The notes: a model not told the origin generated them from the sequence alone. Positions 20,177 through 30,140 are shown, counted from the stretch's first letter. The stretch is DNA of 64,000 nucleotides from a virus (IMGVR_UViG_3300019142_000010:1-64000); one strand, 5' to 3'. Made by a program: numbers and translations.

Positions 20177-20319
20177 CGCGCACTGCTCAAAACGGGCACT
20201 CAAAATCAGTACCACGGGCGGTACTACTCACCTCTCGCCCGCTTACCCCCTACCTCACCCGCCCGCGCGCAGTCTGACGGGCAAATCCGGCGCAAAGAAG
20301 CCTACCTCCTCACCTACTC

Positions 20320-23300
20320 ATGGCAGCCAACAACAACATCAAGAATGTGAAGGGCGTCCTCGCCTCGGCTTTCGGCGTTCACCTCGTCAACGGCTACACC
20401 TTTCTCTATGAAGTTTTGACCGGGACGGGGGAAGAGAAGGAGGTCGTCGTCGTCCAGGGCCTCGGCGACGGCCACGGCGCGGGCTGGGACGGGCCGCGCG
20501 AAGTCACTTACCGCGCGCACGCAATCGATCCGTCGCGTTATCACTTTCACCCCGGCACATTTTCAAAAGGTGAAGACGATCCCGTTCAGGGCGTTGACTC
20601 TTGGTTTCCGAGCGGCATCACCTACAACGGCACGGCCTACATGGTGGCGAAGCTCCCGCCCGGCATTGCCTCGGAAGACAACCCGAACGAGTTGCAGGGC
20701 ATTTATCGCTGCCTGCGCCTGCCGAACTACAACTCACTCGGCCAGCAGATTGACATCAACGGCGTGGTCGTTCCGAACGGAGCGACGCCCGAAGAGTATT
20801 TTTACTACTCGGCAAATCCGGCCCGAGTCGCGGCCTACCTCATCCTCTTCGGGCGCGGTCTGTCAAAAGCGCGCATTGATTGGGCGGCGTGGACGGCCTG
20901 GCGCGATTACTGCGATACGCTCATTCCATGGGAAGACGGGACGACGACGGAGATTCCCGTCTCCTTCAACTGGACGACGGGCGGCGGCATGACGCCGGCG
21001 GCCGGGGGCGCGGCCTACAAGTCGCGGCAGACGACGGGCGCGCACGCGTGGGATTCGGGAACGACGACGCAGAACGCCTGCCCGGTCAACGCCAACCGCC
21101 GCGGCATCGAGTTCACGGTCGGAACGGGCGCATTCATGGCCGGGCTCTCGACGACGACCGAGATCTCCGGCTCCGGCTTCACCTACGGGGCGCTGGACAT
21201 CGCGCTCTACTTCGAGACGGGAACGGGCGCGCTCAAGTGCTACGCCAGGGGCGCGTATCTGGGGACGCTTGGCACGTGGGCGCTCGGTGACGTGTTCCGC
21301 ATCCAGGATGACGCGGGCGCGTGGAAGTTCTACAAAAACGGCGTCCTCATCCCGCATGGCCTCGCTCTGGCCGCCCCGCCGACGGGCGCGCTCTACGGCG
21401 CCATCGCCTGCAACGCTCCGGGCTCCGGCGTCACGTCGGCCGGTTACTTCCCGGCTGCCGGCGTCGGCTCGACCACCCGCCAGCGCATGATCCCGCGCTT
21501 CGAGTGTCATATCGCCTTCACGCAGGAAACGTCCCTCGAAGACGCGCTCGATCAAGTCTGTTTCATGGCCTGCGCCGACTGGCAGGAAACGCCTGAGATT
21601 CGTTTCCTTACGCCTGAGCCGGCCGTCATGCCCGGCCTCGAAGCGCACGCCGCGCAGCGTCTCATCGTCCACCATTTCGACGCGCGCGAGGGCGGCGCGG
21701 ACAACATCCTCAAGCGCACCATCACGGCCTACCCGGTGGACGTGCGCGAGCGGTGGAGCAAAGTCACGGGCGCGTTCCGCGACCTCGACCACCAGGACTT
21801 GATCGAGGATTTCGTCGATGACGACCGCGACGCTTTGATTGATCAGGCCAAGCGCATCGTGACGCCCGGCCAGATCAACCTCGGCAACATGAATCGCTCG
21901 CAAGCGCTGAGAGTCTTGAAGTGGCTCATGCGCCTGAGGAGCGACCGCATCTGGTTCTGTGAGCTGAGAGCGGGCGCGGATTCGCTCGATGTGCTGCCGG
22001 GCGACGTGGTGAAAGTCTCGCACCCGAAATACAACTGGGTCGAAAAACTATTCATGGTGATCGACGCCGCGGACGACGGCGAGGGCGCGGACGAGCGCAC
22101 TTTCATCTTGCAGGAGTATGACCCGGCGAATTACTACCATGACGACGATCACCAGCGCGGCCGACGCACGAGCGCGCCGCCGACGCCGAACCCTTTTGCG
22201 CCCGCGCCCGTCATCTATGCCTGCGACGTACATGAGCGGTTGATTGAACAGCAGGACGGGACGGTCATCAGCGCGATCCATGGCACGGTGACGTTTACCG
22301 GCTTCTCGCGCAGGCAACTGGCGAAGGTCTATATCAAGCCCGCCGCGGCGTCGGATTCGGAATGGGAACTGGCCGGCGCCAATCCGCTGCATCCTCATCC
22401 TGAGACCGGGATGGATGTCTTCGAGGTGCGCGGTGTCGCGGTCGGTAACTATCACATCAAGGTAGTCACCGAATCGGAGACGACGGCGCAACTTCCTTTC
22501 TCGCAGCATCCCGTGTTCCCCGTCACGGTGGCGGGCAAACTCACGCCGCCGCCAGTCCCGACGGGACTGTCCGCGACGTTGGGCGATAACGGCATGGTGC
22601 GCTTCACCTGCACGCTGCCGCCTGTCAGTGACTTTGCTTTTCTCAGGGTCTATGACAGCACGGGCGCGGTCGTCATTTCGCGCGTTGATTCAAACACGTG
22701 GCAGGAGCCGCCGCCTGCGGTCGGCTCCACCATCACGCGCAAGGTGACGGCCTTCAATTATTCGGGGCGCGAGAGCGGCTTTTCCAATCCGTATACGTTC
22801 ACCATGCCGTTGCCGCTCGCGCCAACGGATGTGCAGGTGACGCGGCTCAAAAGCCGTCCGAGTCTGGCCGTGACGTGGACGGCGCTCGAAGGCTTTGATT
22901 ATCAAGTTTCGCGCGATCAGGTGACGTTGCTCTATAGCGGCAAGTCCAGCCTCTTCATTCATGAAAACGCCTTCACCGGAGCCGGGACTTATACCTACTA
23001 CGTGCGCAGTGTACGTTTCGGTCAGGCTTCCGCGTGGGTCGCCGCCGAGGTCGTGATCGCGCCGCCGGCCGCGCCGGCGAACGTCGCGCTCACCCGGCAG
23101 GGGCGGCATCTGTCGCTGTCCTGGGCGGTCGAGGACGGACAGGAATATCAAGTCTCGGCTGACCAGGCCACGATCCTGTGGAGCGGGCGGGGCGGCAGTT
23201 TCCGGCACGAGAATGCCATCATCGGCGCGGCCATCTACATGCGCTATGTGCGCACGCTGAAAGACGGGCTGGCGTCCGACTGGACGCTGGCCACCCTCAC

Positions 23301-26300
23301 CGTCAACCCGCCACCAGCGCCCACCGGATTTACTCTGCAACAGTTCGGGGCGACGTTCCTCTGGAAATTCACGGCGCTCTCCGGGATGGAATATGAGTTC
23401 TCTCCGGATCAATCTCTCATCATCGGGCGCGGCACGACGGGCGAGTTCATCGAGACGGGCATCCCGTCGGCGGCCGGCACATATACCCGTTATCTGAGAG
23501 CGGTGGAGGACGGCGTGGTGCCGAGCGCGTGGACGCCCGCGCAGATCGTCGTCGTCCCGCCGCAGCCGCCCGCCGTCGCCGCGCCCGACTATGACGGGCT
23601 GAACCTCATCTACAAGCTGACCGCCTCGACCTCTCCCCACGTCACGCGCTATCTCGTCAAAGATACGCTCGGCAATCTCATCGCCGACGACATCGGGCTT
23701 GAATGGAAGATGAAGATCACGAGCGGGACGTCCGCTTACACTCTTCGCTTCTACGCGGCGACGGAAACGGGACTCGTCTCGACCTCCTACACCGAGGTGT
23801 CGTTTACCGTGCCCGTGCCGAACCCGGTCTTGAGCTACACGCTCTCGCATGAACTGGATTCAATCGTGCATACGGTCACGCCGCCCGCTGTGCTGCCCGA
23901 TGGGCTGGAATTTGAATTCGCCAGAGCCAACGACGGGACGGGCATCATCGGCACGCGCAAAGATTTGACGTTGCGCGAATACGGGTATCCGGTCGCGTCG
24001 CGCTCTCTGCCGCGCTACGTGCGCACGCGCAACCTCGCCGGGCGCACGAGCGGGTGGACGGCGGCCGCGCCCGCGTTGACGGTCGCCGTGCCGGCCGCGC
24101 CGACGCTGACGAAAGATGCGGCCAATGGGAACCCCACCTTCCTCCCGGTGCAGGTGGCCACGACGACGACGCCACGCGCGCGCATCCGTCACACCATCGT
24201 GCAAGTGCGGGCGACCGGCCCGGCATGGCCTTCGACCGCTGAAGGCACACCCGGCACATACCGCATCACGGGAGCGCCGCCGACGATTGACATCAACTGG
24301 ACGGCGGGCGGGACGATGGAGTTCCGCGTAGCGCATGAAGATGAATTTTCGGAAGCGCTGAATGATCGCCAGTGGTCAGCGACGACCTCGCACACCTTTC
24401 CGCAATTCAATGACGGCGCGATTGACCCGGCCTCGAACTTCCTCAAGAAAGCCTCGACGCGCAACCCCATCATCACCGGCGGCGGCACTTTCAAGTGGTC
24501 GAGCGACTATAAATTTTCGTGGACAGACCCGCTCCTCATCACCGGCCTGCCGTCTATCGTCTCGACGAATCACAACATCGAGATCGCAGCTAACCCGCTG
24601 GGGACGAGTCTCGGGGAAGGGCAGCGCCTCGTCGCCGTGCACACGCTCGGTCAGACGACCGCCGCGCTCTCCGTCGTCACGCTCTCGAACTATGAAGCGC
24701 CGGCTGAGCGGGAGCCGACGCAGCACTATCCGCTGGCCGAGCGCAAGGCGGGCGAGACGAGAGTGAAGGTCTATACCGGTCATTTGCTCTCGGCTAATCG
24801 CTTCCTCGATGCGTCGGTGCTGATTCCTCGTCTCGCATCCTTTGAGGCCGATTTTCAAAACCTGATCGTGGGTGAGGCCAACATTGGCTTGCTGCACGCC
24901 ACGAAGATCATCGCAGATTCGCTCTACGGTCGGATCGTTTTCGGCGACCGGATCGGCTCACAGAACTTCATCTCCTACGGCGACCTGAACCCACACGCCG
25001 AGGAAGGGCTGTGGCACGACGCGACCTGGAACATCACGATTTCATCTGACCGCAAGAGCATCATCAAGACGTCCGTGCCTTCGGGATTCCCCGCCGGGTT
25101 CGACGCCAAGGCCGTCCTGACGCGCGCCATCCATCGCGGCGCTGGCTACGTCGAATGGCCTGCCGGGATGCCGGGCTACACGCTCGGTTTCAACTTCAAT
25201 ACTTCCGCGACCGCATACAATGAGCTTGACTACGCCTTCTACTACGATGGCATCAACACCTACGCGAACGAGTCCGGCACACTCATAAATTTGCAGGCGG
25301 GCGCGCTGCCTGCCGCCACCCTCTTCCGCCTGGCGGTCAACGCATCGGGGCAAGTCGAGTATTGGATCGGCGGCGTGCTCAAGCGCACCGTGACCACGCC
25401 GACATTGCTATACCCCCTCAAAATTCAGGCCGATATTTACAACCAGTTCGTCGTCATCAACAACATGAAGCTTCACGGCGTGCTGACCGACACGACCGGC
25501 AAGAAAGTGAGATGGCAGAACCGCATCAACTGTTCTTACGACGCGAACGACGACCTCTCCAAGACCGGCGGCGCGGCCAACACGCACGACGCGGGCGCGG
25601 TCAGCGTCGAGACGTTCCGGAGTGGGCAGGACGTCTGGATCGAGCACCAGGTGGCGGACCTCGGTGTCAATCGCACGCTCGGCTTCACGGAGCTCATGAA
25701 TCCTGTCGGCGGCTCCGGGTTCAAGTACGAGGTGACAGTTGACGCGGGCAACTCAATGTACATCATCTACAACTACGGCGCGGCTTATCACCTCACGGAC
25801 ATCGGCGCGGTAGCAGTCGGTGATGTTATCCGCGTGGCGGTCGAGAACGGAGTCTTCACCGTCCGGCGTAACGGTGTGTTGAGGCATTTCGGCACGGGCA
25901 TCACCGTCCCTGCGACCTTCCGCGCGGGCGTCGGCTTCTACACGTCAGGCGCGACACTGAAGACCATCCGCTGGGGGCAGGCCACGGCGAAGGCCACGGG
26001 CTGGCAGGCCGGGCATAACGGCGACATCGAGATGGCCGGCACGCTCCTGGTTGACGGCAACGAGATCGGTGACGTCGGCGCGCGCGCGCTACAGGGCATC
26101 CGCTCGGACAAGCGGGTGCGCGGCAATGACGGCGACGTGTTCCTGATGCATAAGGTCACGGCGCTCACGGTCGTGGACAGTAAGGTGCAGGAGGACGGCG
26201 ACGTGTGGGTGCAGTGGGCTTCCACCTTTCCCGGCTACGGCACGGATAATTATGCAAACGGCGACTCGATTCGCCGGGCGCAGGTGCGAGTGCTGAACAA

Positions 26301-27405
26301 GTTTGGTGAACATATCAAGACATTTCCGCTATTTCCCTGTGTCGGCGATGGGGTGATCGGGCAAGGCATCCACTCTCGAAAGTACGCTGACCCGCTCGAA
26401 GAGGCGATCTACGAGGTCATTTTTTACAACGTCTATGGACCGAGCGCGCCGAAGTATCTCAACAAGGGAGTGACGAGCGATGTGATGCCGGCGCTTGTGG
26501 TGCCGAACGACCATCCGCGCGATTTGACCGGAACGGTACTTTCACAGTCTGAGGTGAAGCTGTCCTTCCGTGCGCCGACGACGAACACCGGGGGCGGGCG
26601 GGTGCTGTGCTATCGGCGCGCGGGCACCGTAGCGTGGACGGAAGAGGGGCTCATCACGGCGAACCCGCGCGTGGTGGAACGCCTGGACGCCGATACGTGG
26701 TGGGAGTTCCGCATCGCATCTACGGGGACGACGCCGAACAGCTATTCGAATATCCTCCGTCTCAAAACGCTTCAACCGCAGCTTCCAGCGTGGACGGGAG
26801 CAGACGGCGCACCGGCAGAACTGGCGGCAGCGGTCGCTTCATCATCACAGATCAACCTGACGTGGGCGAATACCACGACGCCGCAACCCATCAACACCAT
26901 TAACATCGTGCGCTACAACCCGGACGGCACGAAGACCAATTTCACCGCCGCCGCGTCCACGTCCACCAGCTACAGTGACACGACCTGCAATCCCGACACG
27001 CAATACACGTACGCGCTCTTCTACGGCTTCGACGTGCCGAACTACGTCGGGCCGCACTGGTCGAATCCGACCTCGGCGCGCACGCCCGCTTCGGCCACGT
27101 CCAGCCCGACCGGATTATCGGCAGCTCGCGTCGGCACTTCACAGATCAACCTGATGTGGGTGAATAACGGCGGGACGGGAACCATCTACATCGATTGGAA
27201 GGAGGATGACGGCAATGATACCGTCTGGCCGAATGTGGCCATCACGCCCGGCGCAGTCTCATCCTACCAACACACCGGGCGGGCGGCGGGCAAGGCTTAC
27301 GCTTACCGCATCCGCAACTCACAGACCGGCACTGTCCCGTCAAACGTGGCGCGCGCCCGCACGGAAGCCATGAACGAGTACGGCGACGATTTCCCGTCCA
27401 GCTAA
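20320..27405 (+). CDS. Host-specificity / central tail fibre protein (gpJ-like, FN3-rich)
   Basis: 2361 aa. The N-terminal third is gpJ/GTA-g15-like (VKVSHPKYNWVEKLFMVIDA..). There are at least three tandem FN3-like modules (about 22800-23570), three copies of an ~85-aa beta-rich domain, and C-terminal FN3 modules (QINLTWAN.., QINLMWVN..). Confidence 0.85.
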   Translation: MAANNNIKNVKGVLASAFGVHLVNGYTFLYEVLTGTGEEKEVVVVQGLGDGHGAGWDGPREVTYRAHAIDPSRYHFHPGTFSKGEDDPVQGVDSWFPSGITYNGTAYMVAKLPPGIASEDNPNELQGIYRCLRLPNYNSLGQQIDINGVVVPNGATPEEYFYYSANPARVAAYLILFGRGLSKARIDWAAWTAWRDYCDTLIPWEDGTTTEIPVSFNWTTGGGMTPAAGGAAYKSRQTTGAHAWDSGTTTQNACPVNANRRGIEFTVGTGAFMAGLSTTTEISGSGFTYGALDIALYFETGTGALKCYARGAYLGTLGTWALGDVFRIQDDAGAWKFYKNGVLIPHGLALAAPPTGALYGAIACNAPGSGVTSAGYFPAAGVGSTTRQRMIPRFECHIAFTQETSLEDALDQVCFMACADWQETPEIRFLTPEPAVMPGLEAHAAQRLIVHHFDAREGGADNILKRTITAYPVDVRERWSKVTGAFRDLDHQDLIEDFVDDDRDALIDQAKRIVTPGQINLGNMNRSQALRVLKWLMRLRSDRIWFCELRAGADSLDVLPGDVVKVSHPKYNWVEKLFMVIDAADDGEGADERTFILQEYDPANYYHDDDHQRGRRTSAPPTPNPFAPAPVIYACDVHERLIEQQDGTVISAIHGTVTFTGFSRRQLAKVYIKPAAASDSEWELAGANPLHPHPETGMDVFEVRGVAVGNYHIKVVTESETTAQLPFSQHPVFPVTVAGKLTPPPVPTGLSATLGDNGMVRFTCTLPPVSDFAFLRVYDSTGAVVISRVDSNTWQEPPPAVGSTITRKVTAFNYSGRESGFSNPYTFTMPLPLAPTDVQVTRLKSRPSLAVTWTALEGFDYQVSRDQVTLLYSGKSSLFIHENAFTGAGTYTYYVRSVRFGQASAWVAAEVVIAPPAAPANVALTRQGRHLSLSWAVEDGQEYQVSADQATILWSGRGGSFRHENAIIGAAIYMRYVRTLKDGLASDWTLATLTVNPPPAPTGFTLQQFGATFLWKFTALSGMEYEFSPDQSLIIGRGTTGEFIETGIPSAAGTYTRYLRAVEDGVVPSAWTPAQIVVVPPQPPAVAAPDYDGLNLIYKLTASTSPHVTRYLVKDTLGNLIADDIGLEWKMKITSGTSAYTLRFYAATETGLVSTSYTEVSFTVPVPNPVLSYTLSHELDSIVHTVTPPAVLPDGLEFEFARANDGTGIIGTRKDLTLREYGYPVASRSLPRYVRTRNLAGRTSGWTAAAPALTVAVPAAPTLTKDAANGNPTFLPVQVATTTTPRARIRHTIVQVRATGPAWPSTAEGTPGTYRITGAPPTIDINWTAGGTMEFRVAHEDEFSEALNDRQWSATTSHTFPQFNDGAIDPASNFLKKASTRNPIITGGGTFKWSSDYKFSWTDPLLITGLPSIVSTNHNIEIAANPLGTSLGEGQRLVAVHTLGQTTAALSVVTLSNYEAPAEREPTQHYPLAERKAGETRVKVYTGHLLSANRFLDASVLIPRLASFEADFQNLIVGEANIGLLHATKIIADSLYGRIVFGDRIGSQNFISYGDLNPHAEEGLWHDATWNITISSDRKSIIKTSVPSGFPAGFDAKAVLTRAIHRGAGYVEWPAGMPGYTLGFNFNTSATAYNELDYAFYYDGINTYANESGTLINLQAGALPAATLFRLAVNASGQVEYWIGGVLKRTVTTPTLLYPLKIQADIYNQFVVINNMKLHGVLTDTTGKKVRWQNRINCSYDANDDLSKTGGAANTHDAGAVSVETFRSGQDVWIEHQVADLGVNRTLGFTELMNPVGGSGFKYEVTVDAGNSMYIIYNYGAAYHLTDIGAVAVGDVIRVAVENGVFTVRRNGVLRHFGTGITVPATFRAGVGFYTSGATLKTIRWGQATAKATGWQAGHNGDIEMAGTLLVDGNEIGDVGARALQGIRSDKRVRGNDGDVFLMHKVTALTVVDSKVQEDGDVWVQWASTFPGYGTDNYANGDSIRRAQVRVLNKFGEHIKTFPLFPCVGDGVIGQGIHSRKYADPLEEAIYEVIFYNVYGPSAPKYLNKGVTSDVMPALVVPNDHPRDLTGTVLSQSEVKLSFRAPTTNTGGGRVLCYRRAGTVAWTEEGLITANPRVVERLDADTWWEFRIASTGTTPNSYSNILRLKTLQPQLPAWTGADGAPAELAAAVASSSQINLTWANTTTPQPINTINIVRYNPDGTKTNFTAAASTSTSYSDTTCNPDTQYTYALFYGFDVPNYVGPHWSNPTSARTPASATSSPTGLSAARVGTSQINLMWVNNGGTGTIYIDWKEDDGNDTVWPNVAITPGAVSSYQHTGRAAGKAYAYRIRNSQTGTVPSNVARARTEAMNEYGDDFPSS

Positions 27406-27423
27406 CAGCACAAAGGATGTCTC

Positions 27424-27750
27424 ATGATCTCGATTGACTTCACGAAACTCACTCGCCTTGAGCGCGATGCTTTGACGTTTGCGGCCAACCCCGAAGGCGC
27501 GGCCGTAGTGACGGCCGAAGAACATTTGAGAGCGAACGTCGAGGCGTTCGTCAACACCGCGCTCGAACTCTACATTCATAACAAGCTTCCCGGCCTGCGC
27601 CTGCTGGCCATTCAATTCCTCGGGACTGACGACGCGCGGCAGAAGGAGATCAGACGCCTGCTCGATGAAGGAAATGCCGAGCCGCCAGCCGAGGACGAGG
27701 ACGACGGCGAGCCGCCGACCGAGCCGCCCGCCCCGACGCCCGAAAGTTGA
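27424..27750 (+). CDS. Hypothetical protein with acidic tail
   Basis: 108 aa, with AAAGGA 6 nt upstream of the ATG. Confidence 0.45.
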   Translation: MISIDFTKLTRLERDALTFAANPEGAAVVTAEEHLRANVEAFVNTALELYIHNKLPGLRLLAIQFLGTDDARQKEIRRLLDEGNAEPPAEDEDDGEPPTEPPAPTPES

Positions 27751-27756
27751 TCCAAG

Positions 27757-28674
27757 ATGCCACCCATCATCACACCAAGCTCCGCGACCTTGCGCGGTCT
27801 GAACACGCTGCTGCTGACGGCCGACCGGCCGTGTAATTGGAGCGCGCCCACTGGCGGGACATGTACGCCGGGTTCGGGCGGACTGAGCTGCACCTATACG
27901 CCCATCAATCAGACCAAAAATTTCAGCGTCCTCGCCGCGCCCTTCGATGCCAGCGGCGTGAGTTCCGTGACGGTCAGCGTGGAGGCTGAAATCTCGCTCC
28001 ACCCGCAACTGAGCAGCAGCGGCTCGACGCGCAAGCACGTGGATGTGAGCGAAGGCGTGAGGGGGCGGCGGTGGACGATCTCGCGCTCGCCGGCGCTGAG
28101 GTTCTACGATCTGGAATTCACCGACCGGCCGGATGCTGATTTCCAGCAGATGTCGGCGGCGTGGGACAACAATTATCCCGCCTTGCCGTTCTTCTGGACC
28201 GACCCGTTTCTGAACCAGGAGCGCAAATTCCTCTTCGATTCCAAAATGAATTGGACGCGCGCCGGGCGCGGCTATTATGACTTCAAGGTCTCCCTGCGCG
28301 AGCAGAAAGTCTATCAGCCGGGCGCAATCATCCCGGCCTCATCCGTCTTCCCGTTCATGATCGATTACGGGTTCGAGGTCGAGGTCGGGAAGGAGATTGA
28401 ATCGTCAGATGCCGAGGACTGGTCACGCGCCGCGCGCGCGCTGCCAGGTACCAGACGGCGGCGCATCGAGATGACGTGCTTCGGCCGTTCCGCGGCCGAG
28501 TTTCTCCAGGCCGAGGCGTTCTGGATTTACAACTATCCGGGTCGCGTCTGGACGCTCCAACATGCCGGCGTGCTCGGCCTCGCGGGAAGCTTTCAGATGG
28601 ACAGCTTCTTATCCTGGCAGTACAAGCAGCACAACATGGTGGATTACAAATTCATCGCGCGCGAAGTTTTGTAG
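27757..28674 (+). CDS. Hypothetical tail-associated protein
   Basis: 305 aa, the last gene of the + strand late block. Confidence 0.5.
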   Translation: MPPIITPSSATLRGLNTLLLTADRPCNWSAPTGGTCTPGSGGLSCTYTPINQTKNFSVLAAPFDASGVSSVTVSVEAEISLHPQLSSSGSTRKHVDVSEGVRGRRWTISRSPALRFYDLEFTDRPDADFQQMSAAWDNNYPALPFFWTDPFLNQERKFLFDSKMNWTRAGRGYYDFKVSLREQKVYQPGAIIPASSVFPFMIDYGFEVEVGKEIESSDAEDWSRAARALPGTRRRRIEMTCFGRSAAEFLQAEAFWIYNYPGRVWTLQHAGVLGLAGSFQMDSFLSWQYKQHNMVDYKFIAREVL

Positions 28675-28879
28675 GAGAGGGCTTATCGTCCTCGGGCGGC
28701 GGCGGCGCGCAGGGTGGACAATAACCTTCTTTCGTACATTTACAGGGCTCGATGTCGGCGATGGGTTGGCAGCGACGTTTCTTGCTCACCGTGAAGCGGC
28801 AATCGTCACAGGCGGCTGCGGTCAGGAGCAGCACGGCGCAGAGCAACAGAACGAGGATGCGCCAGTTGCGTGAGAGCAT
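28652..28879 (-). CDS. Small Cys/Pro-rich lipoprotein (candidate)
   Basis: MLSRNWRILVLLLCAVLLLTAAAC has an n-region, an h-region and a lipobox-compatible TAAAC with Asp at +2. GGAAG lies 9 nt upstream of the ATG. There is a 23-nt convergent overlap with the last tail gene. Confidence 0.55.
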   Translation of the reverse strand: MLSRNWRILVLLLCAVLLLTAAACDDCRFTVSKKRRCQPIADIEPCKCTKEGYCPPCAPPPPEDDKPSPTKLRAR

Positions 28880-28920
28880 CAGGGGGAACTTCCTTTCAGG
28901 CCGGTGTGGTGAGTTGAGGG

Positions 28921-29256
28921 TTAAGCCCCGGCGCGTTCGACGATTTCAAAGTGGTCGTGATCGTCCGGGTTCCATTCGAACGTGCGTTTCCAGTAAACAA
29001 TACCGTCAACCGGCTCGCTCTGGCAACGCTTAAATTCTGCCACGGTGGTCGAGTTGTTCAGGGAGTTGTCGTTGAGGTCTTCCAGTTTCTTTTGACAGAC
29101 GAGGTCGATCCACACGTCTTCGACCATCTCATCAATGCCCGCCGTGGTCAGCGGGTGGGCGAGCTGGAAAATAGGCTTGACCATGACGAGATTGAACGTC
29201 CCGTCGGTATTCACGCCGCCCTCGATGAAGCCTTCGCAGGTGACGCGCTCGATCAT
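28921..29256 (-). CDS. Hypothetical protein
   Basis: 111 aa, with an ATGA overlap with the upstream gene. Confidence 0.5.
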   Translation of the reverse strand: MIERVTCEGFIEGGVNTDGTFNLVMVKPIFQLAHPLTTAGIDEMVEDVWIDLVCQKKLEDLNDNSLNNSTTVAEFKRCQSEPVDGIVYWKRTFEWNPDDHDHFEIVERAGA

Positions 29257-29495
29257 ACTTCCACCGCTTCCTCGGATACTTCCATTTGGCTTTCCAGCGT
29301 GCGCAGATGCTCCAGGATGAGCGGCCGCAGGCGGGCGATGGCGAATTCGTCACGTCGATTGAGCGCGTTTTTGAGCAGTCGCGCCAGGCTCAGCCCCGTC
29401 TGGTCGCCGGCGATGGAAGCGGAGTCAATCATCGCGTCGCACAGATTGAGCGCGTTCTGATTGTACTGCTCGATGCGGTTAAGCAGGTGAGCCAT
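29253..29495 (-). CDS. Hypothetical protein
   Basis: I prefer the ATG at 29495 (MAHLLNRIEQY), which has GAGGG 9 nt upstream, over the ORF-track start at 29525. Confidence 0.45.
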   Translation of the reverse strand: MAHLLNRIEQYNQNALNLCDAMIDSASIAGDQTGLSLARLLKNALNRRDEFAIARLRPLILEHLRTLESQMEVSEEAVEV

Positions 29496-29594
29496 GTGGC
29501 AAGCCCTCGGTAGTGAGGAGGTCAAGCGTTAAAGCGGCGCGCCCTCGTGTGGGCGCGGCACGCGCCGCGGTTCAAAAGCGAGGTCGCGGGGCGG

Positions 29595-29933
29595 TCAGCC
29601 CTTCAGTCCGCCGGCATTGTGGCCGCCGGCGATCATCGCCATTTCATGGAACGGCACCTCGCACATCACGCATTGGAGGCGTGCGCAGTCTTCCGGCTTG
29701 AGCGCGACCTTCTGCCGCTGCGCGCCGGGCATGTCGATCAGGCACGTCCCGTCTTCGTAGCATTCCGTGATGCGACAATCCGTGCCCTGGTAGTTGATGA
29801 CAAGCTGCTCGGTGTGCTTGTTGTTCTTGAGACACCAGTTGAGACAACCGATGAATGACCGGAAGCATGACTTCTGCATCTCGGCCAGGTTCACTTCTTC
29901 GACGGCCGTGCCGCCGTGCATGTTCGTATCCAT
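29595..29933 (-). CDS. Hypothetical Cys-rich protein
   Basis: I prefer the ATG at 29933 (MDTNMHGG..), preceded by GGAGGGTGAGTGTT. The protein has 10 Cys. Confidence 0.5.
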   Translation of the reverse strand: MDTNMHGGTAVEEVNLAEMQKSCFRSFIGCLNWCLKNNKHTEQLVINYQGTDCRITECYEDGTCLIDMPGAQRQKVALKPEDCARLQCVMCEVPFHEMAMIAGGHNAGGLKG

Positions 29934-30140
29934 AACACTCACCCTCCACAAGTAAAAATCGGTGTGGTTCTGCGAGAGGTTTGCCAATCGTCAGGCCAGC
30001 GGTCACCACCCGCTGACTACCGCGGCCGTGCGCTCCTTGGTACGGGAATTCGGCCGGCCGCAGTTTCGGCGCATGCGCACGCGGAACTTATGCCCCTCGG
30101 GGCGGCGGCCCGCGCGCTCTCGCTCGATCCGATTTGAACA

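Noticed and set aside
22800-27405. A diversity-generating retroelement or other targeted hypervariation system acting on the tail fibre repeats.
   Set aside because: The repeats are diverged protein modules (FN3-like) rather than a near-identical TR/VR nucleotide pair. No reverse transcriptase or Avd-like gene is present in the window.
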